Assembly: GCA_964016885.1 (NCBI GenBank)
Contig: OZ024743.1
Span: 35,340,001 to 35,404,000 of the forward strand
Length of the DNA: 64,000 nt
Reading direction: 5' to 3'
Source of the DNA: Eledone cirrhosa
Lineage: Eukaryota
In this document: positions 49,680 through 60,859 of the stretch, one piece after another
Position numbering within the stretch: position 1 is the first letter of the stretch
How the letters are laid out: every line of letters starts with the position of its first letter
Position numbers and translations under genes: made by a program
The notes under the pieces: generated by a model
Told to the model about the DNA's origin: nothing
Seen by the model: only the letters and a program-made list of their open reading frames with translations
Database searches by the model: none

Positions 49680-52515
49680 ATCATCATCATCATCACCGTT
49701 TTACGTCCGTTCTTCCAAGCTAGCATGGGTTAGACGTGTTGTCCTGTTGTGGGCAGTGTCTGGTCGGCTGACCATGCCCTGCTCATACAGGAACTGCTTT
49801 GGCTTGATTTCTACAGCTGGATGCCCTTCCTAACACCAACCTCATTTACAGTGAGTGCTGGGTGCTTTTTCGTGGCGCCTACACATCCACTTTACAGTGT
49901 GGGCTGGGTGCTTTTTTGCCGTGGCACCTCCACGACCACCTTGCGGTGGGGGGTGCGGGGCCGTATTGTCTATATGCTTCAGCTTGTACCCATGGGAGGT
50001 CGGGTACTCTGTATTACTGCGTGACGCCAGAGGTCACGGTCGTGTGTCATTGCCTTTGAGAGGTGTAATTCGGTAAGGTCGGCTTTTATCACCTCATCCC
50101 AGGTCATCTTGGGTCACCCCACTCCGCGGTTTCCATCGACTTCTAGTGCTCTGCACCTTTTTATGCAGCTGTCATCCTTCATATGCATCACATGTCCATA
50201 CCAACGCAACTGCCTCTCCTGCACACAGCATTTGATTCCTCTTATGCTCAGTCTCTCTCTCAATTCATTTATGCTTTGTCGTTCACGTATATTACTGTTA
50301 CACATCCATCGGAGCATGCAGGTTTCATTTCTCTCTAATCTACGTAAGTCTTCCACCTTCAGCGCCCAGGTCTCACTACCATGTAACATTGCTGTTCGGA
50401 TACACGCATCATACAGTCTGCCTTTCATTCTGAGGGAGAAGCCTTTTGCAACTAGCAGTGGTAGTAGTTCCCTAAACTTCTTCCATCCCGTTCTTACCCG
50501 AGTTATTGTACTTTCTGAACACCCACCTCCGCTACTAATTCGGTCACCTAGGTAGCAGAAGCTGTCTACTGTTTCTACAGAGCCCTCCCAGAGATTGGTG
50601 GTACTTGTTTCCTGTGGCTGCTTGTTGCCCCAGCACAGCTGCTGCATGTGAAGCCTACATTCTTAATTAAGCTTCCTGAGATCCCGCTACATCTCTTGTG
50701 TTCCCATTGTTTGCATTTGGGGTAGAGAATGGAGTTCCTACCTACACCTTTCCTACATACTGAGCAAAGCCATTTCCCTGAGGGGATCTGGGTTCTGTTT
50801 TCTCGTCTACTTAGAAGGACCTTCGTCTTTGTCATGTTGACTTTGAGACCCTTTCTTTCTAGTCCCTGCTTCCAAGTTTGGAATTTCTTCTCTAGTTCTA
50901 CCATAGATTCAGCTATAAGTGCGAGGTCATCAGCATACAGGAGTTCCCATGGGCATCTGGTCTTAAACTCCTCCGTTATTGCCTGCAGGACTATGATGAA
51001 CAGGAAGGGGCTAAGAACAGAGCCCTGGTGGACCCCAACCTGTACGCTAAATTCCTCGCTATACTCATTGCTAATCCTAACTTTGCTGACTGCTCCCCTA
51101 TACATGGCTTGTACCGCTTTCACAAGCCATTCATCTACTCCTAGTTTTCTAAGAGCCCACCAGATTACAGCACATGGAACTCTGTCAAAAGCTTTCTGAA
51201 GGTCGACAAATGCCAGGTAGAGTGGCTTACTTTTAGCTAGGTACTTTTCCTGTAACTGCCTCACAAGGAAGAGGGCATCAGTGGTGCCTCTTCCTGGTAC
51301 AAACCCAAATTGCATCTCATCTAGTTTCACCCGGTCCCTAATCAACTGTGCTATAACTCTTTCTGTTACTTTCATGACCTGGTCCATCAGCTTTATACCT
51401 CTATAGTTTCCTCTATCTAGTGCATCACCTTTACCTTTGAAGCAGTTGACAATGATGCTACTGCACCAATCTTTGGGTATGACACCTTCTAGTATTACCT
51501 GGTTAACAATACGTGTGGTTATAGTGTGACCTACAGACCCAGATGCCTTCAGCATCTCAGCAGCTATACCCGATGGACCGGTTGCCTTCCCCATCTTCAT
51601 ATCTTTGATTGCCTTACTTACTACGTTGCTGCTGACTGGTACTGCTGGCCCCTCTATAGGGTCTACTTGGGGTAGGGTCTCTTCTTCCCATGCATTCTCC
51701 TTATTTAGTAATCTGCTCCCCCCGTTCTTCCATTCTTTCCATGCCTGTCTCTTGGCCTTAACTGCCTCATCTACCTTATTGTTCCACCACCAAGTCACTC
51801 TCCTCCTGCTTGAGGTCTTACTCCAGCCACAGACCTCATCCGTCACCGCTAGTAAGTTATTTTTTAGGAACTCCCAGTTCTCTTCTACATTGAATGTCTC
51901 TATCTGTACTTCTTTACTGTCGAAGGCGTTGAGTAAAATATCTTTAAATCTGTTACTGGTTGAGGGGTCTTTCAGCTTCCAGATCTTTCTTCTCCAGGTT
52001 GGCCTCTGTTTCCAGGTTCGTCTGGTTCTGACTGTGAGGTCGCTGACAACTAAGCTATGTTGGGATGTACATTCCTCACTAGGGAAGGCTTTTGTGTTTA
52101 CGACCGTCCATCTGTCACGTCCTCTGACGAGGATAAAATCTATCTGACTAGAGTGCTCCCCTGATCTATAGTTGATCAGGTGGTTGTCGGGTTTTTTAAA
52201 ATTTGTGTTACATATCGACATGTCATTGGCGTCGCAGAATTCTTGAAGTCTGAATCCTTCCTCATTTCTTGTGCCAACCCCATGGCCTCCATGTACTCTA
52301 TTGAAGCCGTTGCAGTGTTTACCTACGTGCCCGTTAAAATCTCCTGCGATGATTAGGAAGTCATTGTCGTCTGTTAGAGCAGTAGTGTGCATTAGGGACT
52401 CGTAAAACCTATCCTTGAATTCGTCTGGCAGCCCCGATTAGGGTGCGTAAGCTGATATTATTGTGGTAATTGTTTTATTCAGGACTAGTCTAATGATTCT
52501 TGCAGTTCGTCTGGC
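49680..52515 (-). mobile_element. RTE-clade LINE, 5'-truncated and mutated (partial APE plus RT)
   Basis: APE motifs SAYAP, IAGDFNGHVG, SQIDFILV and QH.LV; RT LLYADD; frameshift near 50600; in-frame deletion after WKNGGS relative to the 42.6-kb copy; (GAT)n tail at 49680. Confidence 0.95.
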
Positions 52516-52541
52516 AGCATATATATATATATATATATGTG

Positions 52542-52605
<64 letters not shown>

Positions 52606-52616
52606 TGTGTATATAT

Positions 52617-52887
52617 ATAATAATAAAGAAGGAAGACGGTATCACTTGTTCATCCCTATTTATTTTATTATACATATTTCGAAGACATATGTCATTTGTA
52701 TAATATCTGCCCTACGTGTTTTCTTCCGATAAAAATCCATGCAAGATGTAAATATCAGTTGATATGAGATATTCGTTGATATCCGTTGATATGAGAACAC
52801 GTAGGGCAGATGTTATACAAATGAAATACGCATAATAAAATAAATAGGGATGGGCAAATGATACCGTCTTTCTTGTTTTTTATTATA
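52617..52887. mobile_element. MITE with ~100-bp TIRs
   Basis: AAGACGGTATCA...CATCCCTATTTATTTTATTAT...ATCTGCCCTACGTGTT pairs with AACACGTAGGGCAGAT...ATAATAAAATAAATAGGGATG...TGATACCGTCTT. Confidence 0.85.
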
Positions 52888-52889
52888 AC

Positions 52890-52993
52890 CCACCGAAGTT
52901 AACTTTGCCTTTCATCCTTATGGGGTCGATAAAATAAAGTACCAGTAATACACTGGGTAATTGCTGGCTTTGAGCCAAAGTAGAAACAATTAT
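52890..52993 (+). mobile_element. 5'-truncated SINE family A
   Basis: GTTAACTTTGCCTTTCATCCTTATGGGGTCGATAAAATAAAGTACCAG...GTAGAAACAATTAT. Confidence 0.8.
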
Positions 52994-53363
52994 AATAAAA
53001 CTCTGGATAAACATAAACTGTTGAGTGTTTGTCATCTCTTATGAAAGAGTCGGCAGATTTTCAATCAACCAACTTTCCTTAGTTGAATAAATATATGTAT
53101 GTATATATATATGTATATTTTCTTTAATATTGCAACATTAAAGGAATATATCCTTCTGAAAGAATCGCGAGCAATTTATAATGTTATTTAAGCATTGGTA
53201 ATCTTATTTATGTATTTATTTAAAACATATTCGCTGTTATTCTACTGTAAATTTATTTATATGCTTTGTATATATTATATATACACAAATAATGAATCTG
53301 TATATTAAAACATCATTTGTATTATTCAATCAGTTTATTGAACTAGAATGCTCATCGTCAAGT

Positions 53364-53366
<3 letters not shown>

Positions 53367-53462
<96 letters not shown>

Positions 53463-53872
53463 ATGAATCTATATATATGTATATATATGTATGTATATCT
53501 ATATATAGGTGTGTGTGTATGTATATATATGTGTATGTATATATATGTGTGTATGCATATATGTGTGTATGCATATGTGTGTGTGTGTATGTATATATGT
53601 GTGTGTGTATGTATATATATGTGTGTGTATATATACATATGTGTGTATATATATATGAAGATAAATTAACGGAGCCATAGTCACATTATTCCCTGTAAAT
53701 TATGTGCTCAAAGGGAAAGGAATCCTATACATATTGTATATGTATATATATATGCATGTATGTATATGTGTATATATATGCATGTATATGTGTATTTGTA
53801 TATGTGTATTTGTATATGTGTGTATATATATGAATGTATATATATATATATATATGTATGTGTATATATATA
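53367..53872. repeat. Compound (TA)n/(TG)n/(TATG)n microsatellite
   Basis: Directly visible; the ORFs here are low-complexity artefacts. Confidence 0.95.
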
Positions 53873-53939
53873 GATGTAATCTGAATTTTATAGATGTAAT
53901 CTGAATAGCATGGTAGAATATTAAGTGTTAAATGTTAAT

Positions 53940-53978
53940 TGAACAAGTACTTTCATGCTTTCGCAATCTTCAGGTTCA
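53940..53978 (-). ncRNA. Minimal hammerhead ribozyme with palindromic stem III
   Basis: Minus strand: TGAAC-CTGAAGA-TTGC-GAAA-GCAT-GAA-AGTACT-T-GTTCA. Confidence 0.8.
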
Positions 53979-54265
53979 TATTCTGTGGTGACAGTCAAGT
54001 TTGCAATTTTCAACTGTAATGAGATGGGTAAATTTTGTGCCTTATATACAGTGAAAAGTGGCTACAGAATGCTACATTTTGCTAACTGTATTTCGACCAA
54101 TTGGTGTGTAGTTTCACTGGATTATTGAAGCTGATTGGTTTAGGCGTCATGGTTGGTTGAACATGTTTGACTTCTATTTGGCTCTATCCAAAGCATCAAT
54201 TGTTTTGCTATTTTTAGAAATGATGTAAATAGCATTTTCTAGGGTTTTTATACCCCTAAGAATTA

Positions 54266-54560
54266 TTATTGTTCATTTAGCTTCAGTTGGAATTTATCAA
54301 TAAAATTCTTTTCTTGGATTTTTCTCTTGATTTCACTTGGGCTGTGTAATTTGTAGAATGGAAATATTATAAATATTTTCTGACCACATGTTGCTAGATG
54401 GTTACTCATGGGTATCTGACGGACATTTGGGTCTCTGATTTGCTGTCGGTGCACCCGTGCACGTTCCGATAGTGCATTTCCAGTTTGACCGACATATAGT
54501 TCTTCACAATTCGGTCATTTAATGCAGTAAATTAGATTTCTGCTTTTGCAGTTGGGAATA
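54266..54560 (-). pseudogene. Penelope-type GIY-YIG endonuclease remnant
   Basis: One frame reads NCKSRNLIYCIK*PNCEELYVGQTGNALSERARVHRQQI...NHL...QEKNFI...LN; a single in-frame TGA splits it between two track ORFs. Confidence 0.88.
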
Positions 54561-54879
54561 TTTTTCAAAATTCCAACCCAAGCTAAATGAACAATAATTC
54601 TTAGGGGTATCAAAACCCTAGAAAATGCTATTTTCATCATTTCTAAAAATAGCAAAACAATCGATGCTTTGAATAGGGCCAAATAGAAGTCGTTAGACAT
54701 GCTCAACCAACCGTCATGCCTAAACCAATCAGCTTCAGTAATCCAGTGAAACTACACACCGATTAGTCGAAATACAGTTTGCAAAATGTAGCATTCTGTA
54801 GCCGGACTGTATATAAGGCACAAAATTTACCCATCTCATTACAGTTGAAAATTGTAAACTTGACTGTCACCACAGAATA

Positions 54880-54918
54880 TGAACCTGAAGATTGCGAAAG
54901 CATGAAATTACTTATTCA
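54880..54918 (+). ncRNA. Mutated copy of the same hammerhead in the inverted arm
   Basis: TGAAC-CTGAAGA-TTGC-GAAA-GCAT-GAA-ATTACT-T-ATTCA; stem III and stem I each carry one substitution. Confidence 0.6.
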
Positions 54919-55516
54919 ATTAACACTTAACACTTAATATTCTACCATACTATTTCATTCTAATACCATTATAATTTTAAAGGATTGTAAATAAAACGAG
55001 TAAATCAGACAAAGTTGGAATTCCTTTTATTAATATAATCTTCTATACAATCATACACACCCGTGTATATTTATTTATATATATATATATATAGCTTTTA
55101 AGCTATTTTGTAGTATCTCTGTTCAGGAACACACCACTTATATTAAATTTATCTCCCTGGAGCTTTGTAAAAGTCTGAGAGATTGGCTACAAATGTTTTA
55201 TATATATATTTTTTTTGTTTAGATGGAAGACAAAACAAAGAAGATGAATACAAAGATGAAGAGAAAGATAAAGATGAAGAACCTCACTGCACAACACCAC
55301 ACTGCACCACACCACATCGCAGTGCACCGCACCGCATCACACCACATAAAAACATACAACACTACACCACACAATTCCACACCACAACACACCACTCCTC
55401 ACTACACATAAGAACACATAACACACCACGCAACAACACACCACACCACTCCTCACTACAACACACCACACTACTCCACAACACACCACACCACACTACT
55501 CCACACCACATAACAC

Positions 55517-56560
55517 CCAAAATTTTTTCCTCATCTTTTTTTCATGTGTTATCAACTAATCCGAACACCAAGATGTTTGTTATTAACTCTCTCTTCATGG
55601 AAAACTTAGGTGGATGCACTTCTCTCATTTAACCCCAGAGTTTTCTCTAAGATTTTTCGTATGTTATCAACGAATATGACCTCCAAACCAGTTGGAAATG
55701 ATTAGTTGTTCTAGGAAAAAGGAGGGGTAAAGCAGGTGGAAAAACCATTGTCGTTTTGTAGATATATACCCTAATGATTTTTCTTCGGTCTCCTTTTGAG
55801 TGCTATCAACTAATCTGACCTTTTAGTTGCTCTGAATCAATTTTTTTTCTTCTGGGATTTGGAAACTAAAACTAAATTAAACATAAAATTAAATCTAGCC
55901 CCAACTCTAAACTCTAAATCTAAACCAAACCAAGCTAAATCTAAATATAAACATTACCCCAACCCTTAAACTAAACCCTAAACTATACCCCAATCATAAA
56001 ACTAAACCCTAAACTATACCCCAACCATAAAACTAAACCCTAAACATTACCCCAACCCTAAAACTAAACCCTAAACTTTACCCCAAACCTAAAACTAAAC
56101 CCTAAACATTACCCCAACCCTAAAACTAAACCTAACCCAGGGAAATAAGTTGATTGGAAGCATCTAGGAGGTCAGATTAATTAATAGCACAGGAAATAGC
56201 ACAGGAAATAGCATAGGAAATAGCATAGGAAATAGCACAGGAAATTAATAGTAAAAGGAAATATACCGAAAATGATTAAGTCCCACAACATGTGAGTGGG
56301 GTGTAGATCTGCAAAACTCTTCCCCTCTCCCTCTCCTCTTTCTCCAAAGCTAGTTGTTTTTGACTGGTTTGGAAGTCATATTCAGCGATAACGCATGAAA
56401 ATAGAATCAAAGAGAAAATTCCGAGTAAGCAGGGGTTATCCGGGTGAAGGGGGAACCACCTCACCCCGCCGTTTTCCTGGGGGGAAAAAGTCAGTTTCAA
56501 GCATCTTGGAGATTGGATTAGTTGATAGCACATGAAAAATAGGATGAAAAAATTTCACAT
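55517..56560. repeat. Old foldback element: modular inverted arms around a telomere-like spacer
   Basis: Three GTG[C/T]TATCAACTAATC-type modules forward (55545, 55660, 55800) are mirrored in reverse (56150, 56350, 56500); flanked by (CACCA)n-like tracts. Confidence 0.65.
55865..56137. repeat. Telomere-like 30-bp repeat (CCCCAACCCTAAAACTAAACCCTAAACATTA-like)
   Basis: Repeated AAACCCTAAA and CCCTAA motifs. Confidence 0.85.
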
Positions 56561-58129
56561 CAAATCACTCCGCACGCCATCACATCACACCACGCCACAT
56601 TTCATGACATCACATCACATTTCACCACGCCACGCCACATTTCATGACATCACATTTCACCACGCCACGCCACATTTCATGACATCACATCACATTTCAC
56701 CACGCCACGCCACATTTCATCACATCACATCACATTTCACCACACCAAGCCAGATCACATCACATGCCATCACACTACATGCTACCACACTACATCCCAC
56801 CACACTCCACTACACCATATCCCCCACCCTACATTGAACCACACTCCACTCCACCACACCACTGTCCACTACACTAGACCACACTACAATTCGACTGTTT
56901 TCTATTTCGTAGGTATGTCCAGTTACAGTAAGAGAAAGAAAGTTATTTCAAAGGATCTGAGTAAGTAAACACTTCATTGACCATCATTTTAAGCAGAATC
57001 TCAGTGTAGTTTTAAATTGACCTTTTCATATGATTACACCTCAGTCTTAACTTAATCACCTGTAGATGGATGCTACATGTAATGTTAAAATTAGTTAAAC
57101 ACTGTTTCCCCCTTCTCATCACATGTGGATGCTACATGTGTATTGTTAACATTAATCTAACGTTGTGTCCCCCCCCCCCCCCGCCTCGCCATATCATATC
57201 ACACCATGTTGTACCACACCAGACCACATAACACCATGCTATACTATATATATATACATATATATATATATAAGCTCCCCACTCGTTATATTAATTGAAT
57301 CTCCTCTGTGTTTCGTGAAAGTCTGAGAGATCAGCTATATATTTGTTTACAATTTTTTTTTATATTTAGATGGAAAAGAAGAAAAAGACGACGAAGCAGA
57401 CGACTAAAGTGAAAATGACAACAAAGACAAAGAAGACACGGGAAATGAATATGACGAAAAGAAGAAGAAAGTATGATCTCAGTTCAGTCTAAACCTAATG
57501 ATTTATAGATATGATCTTAGTTCAGTCTTAACCGAATGACTTGTAGATACGATCTATTTTGGTTTAACTTAAACATTGAAAGATATTTGTATATACTTTT
57601 GTTGATGTTTGACATTGTTTTTTAGTTATGAAATAGCTTATAAGCTACATTATAGGACCACAGTGCATGAGCACACTGCTCTTTAAATTAACTTTATCTC
57701 CTCATCACTTTGTAAAGTCTAAGAGATAGGCAACATATATGTTTTACATTCTTTGTTTTTGGTATTTAGATGGCAGAGGAGAAGATAAAGGCACAGAAGC
57801 AGTCAAAGGCACAGAAGAAGACAAAGAAAATGAACAAGAACAATTATCATTGTTATTATTATTTGTATTATTATATTCAAACTAAGCCACACTACATCAA
57901 CCTATACCATACCACACCACACTGACAAACATTATACCATACCACATTATCCAACACCACACTACGAAACACTGTACGACCTCACATCAGACCATGCTAT
58001 GAAACAATATACCATACTACACTATACAACAATAGACAACACCACCCAAGACTATGAAACACTACTCTACCACACTATATCACACCACTCAAGTTAGAGA
58101 GGATCAACTTTTTTCCTGGAAAGTAGAAA

Positions 58130-60770
58130 ACCTAACTTTAAGCTAAAACTGAACTTTAAAAATAACACTTACCCTAACACTTGCACTCACACATGCTCTA
58201 ACAGTGAACTTAGCGCTAACATGAAAACTAACACAAATACAAAATCTGAAAACTAACACAAACACTAACCTGAACAATAACACTAAAACTGACACTAACA
58301 CTAACCTGAACACCAGCACTAAAACTAACACTGACCTGAGCACTAACACTAAAAGTAACACTAACACAAACACTAATCTGAAAACTGATACTAACCAGAA
58401 AACTAAGCTAACATTAACTTCAACACTAAAACAAACACTAACGCTAACATAGATACTAACACAAAAACAAACATTAACACTAAAACTAACTCTAACCTGA
58501 AAACTAAGCTAACATTAACCTGAACACTAACATAAACACTAATGCTAACACTAACAGAAATACTAATGCTAACACTAACAGAAATACTAATGCTAACCTT
58601 AACACAAAAACAAAGACTAACGCTAACACAATCACTAACACTAATGGAAACATCAAACACTAATGCTAACAGAGATACTAACACAAATATTAACACAAAA
58701 AATAAATACTAACACTAACACAATCTCTAACACTAACCTTAACACTAACACTAACCTGAACACTAACACTAACCTGAACACTTACACTAACAGAGATACT
58801 AACACAAATATTAACACAAAAACAAACACTAACACTAAAACTAACATTAACCTAAACACTAGCACTAACACTACCATAAACAGTAACACAAACACTAACA
58901 CTGATCTGAGCACTAACAGTAACATTAACACTACCATAAAAACTAACACTAATCTGAACACTAACACTAAAACTAACACGAAAACTGATACTAACCAGAA
59001 AACTAAGCTAACATTAGCCTCAACACTAAAACAAACACTAACATTAACAGAAAAACAAAGACTAGCACTAACGGAAACACTAACACAAACATTAACACAA
59101 AATAAAACACTAACACTAATGGAAAAAATAACACTAACACTAACACTAAAACTGACATTAACACGAACATTAACCTGAACACTAACACTACCATAGAGCA
59201 CTAACACTAAAAGTAACACGAGCCCTAACACTAACCAGAAAACTAAGTCAACATTAATCTGAACACTAACACTAATACAAAATCAAACACTAACACCAAC
59301 ACTAATGGAAACACTAACACCAACGCTGACACTGACAAAGATGGCTATGCTGCCACAAACGCTAGCGCAAATGTTGACACAATCGCTTACGCTGACACAA
59401 ACACTAATGTGAATACTGATGCAGGTGCAAAGGCGAATGCTGACAAAGACTCTGACGCACACGCTGATGTAAATGCTACACAGACTCTAACGCTGACGTG
59501 GACACTGACACAAATGCTCACGCTGATGCAAACACTAAAGCAAATGCAGACATTAATGCAAACACAGACGCAGATGTTAAAGCAAATGCAAACGATGACA
59601 GCGATGCTAATGCGAACCTTAACGCAGACGTAAACATTGACGTAGAAGCTAAAAGAAACACTAACGAAAATGCTGACGCAGACGCTAACACACGTAAACA
59701 CTGACGCAGATGCTAATATAAACACTGACGCAGACATAAACGATGACGTAGAAGCTAACAAACGCTGACACAGACGCAAATGTAAACGCTGACGCTGATG
59801 GAGATGTAAATACAGACGCTGACGTAGATGTTAACGTAGAAGCTACCGTAAACAATGACGGAGATTTTAACGTAGACGCTGATGTAGAAGCTAACGTAAA
59901 CGCTGACGTAGAAGCTAACAAAACGCTGACGTAGTTGTTACGTAGAAGCAGGCGTAGAAATTAGCGTTTACCCTTACCGCCGAAGCTGATCTCCAAAACG
60001 CAATTGCTGATGCGGATTGCTGAAGCCAAAGCCAAGCTAACGCTGACGCAAATGTTGAGGCAGTACGCCGGCGCTGACGTGTATGCTGACGCTGACGCAA
60101 ATGCTGAAGTTAATGCTTACATGGCATATGCAGATGGTGCAATGACGCGGACGCCACAGGAAAGGTTGATGGAAACGCCAATGCTAACGGAAAACGCTGA
60201 CGTAGACGTTACGGAAACGCTGACGTAGAAGCTAACGTAAACGCTGACACAGACGCTAACGTAAACACTGACGTTAACTGAAACGCTGATGTAGATGTAA
60301 ATACTGACGCTGACGCGGTCGGAAACGCTGACGTAGAAGCTAACGGAAACACTGACTGAAACACTAATGCAAATGCTGACATGCATGCTGATGCAAACAC
60401 TGACACAAGTGCTGACGCGGACGCTAATGATAATGCTGACTCAGAAACTGACGTAGACGTAGGCACTGAAACAAACACTAATGTTGACTCAGACGCTAAG
60501 GGAAATGCTGACACAATCACTATCACCAGTGTAGATGCTGACGCAAATGCTGACACTTACGCAAACACTAACGCAGATGCTAACACCAGTCTACATAGAC
60601 ACTAACACAAAAGCTTACATAGACGCTTATGCAAATGCTAACGCTGATGCAGACAGTAACGCAAACGGTAACTGTAAGAGTAACAGTTACAGTAATACAG
60701 TCACTAACAATAAACTTACCATTAACAGTAAAACTTACCTAACACGAACCCTAAATCTAACATTAACCCA
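58130..60770. repeat. 2.6-kb degenerate 6-bp-period tract, (ACTAAC)n grading into (GCTGAC)n
   Basis: Hexamer periodicity gives NTNT/TLTL and DADA translations broken by stops and frameshifts. Confidence 0.88.
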
Positions 60771-60859
60771 GAGAAAAAAGTCATTTAAGGTCACTCTTTA
60801 AGATATAGAAGATAGGCATTACATTTTAATTTAAAGAGAATCACGCTATACGATGCAAC

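Larger units (their letters stand above)
53905..54953 (-). mobile_element. Penelope-like element fragment with an inverted pLTR (~370-bp arms)
   Basis: ~53905-54275 is the reverse complement of ~54585-54953; the centre encodes a GIY-YIG remnant; each arm carries a minimal hammerhead. Confidence 0.88.

Noticed and set aside
55865-56137. True telomere or chromosome fusion site
   Set aside because: Degenerate 30-bp unit in one orientation only, embedded in a repeat element; not pure (TTAGGG)n.
58143-60801. Asn/Thr- or Asp/Ala-rich structural or antifreeze-like protein
   Set aside because: Frequent stops and frameshifts, no splice structure, and homologous borders mark it as a repeat spacer.
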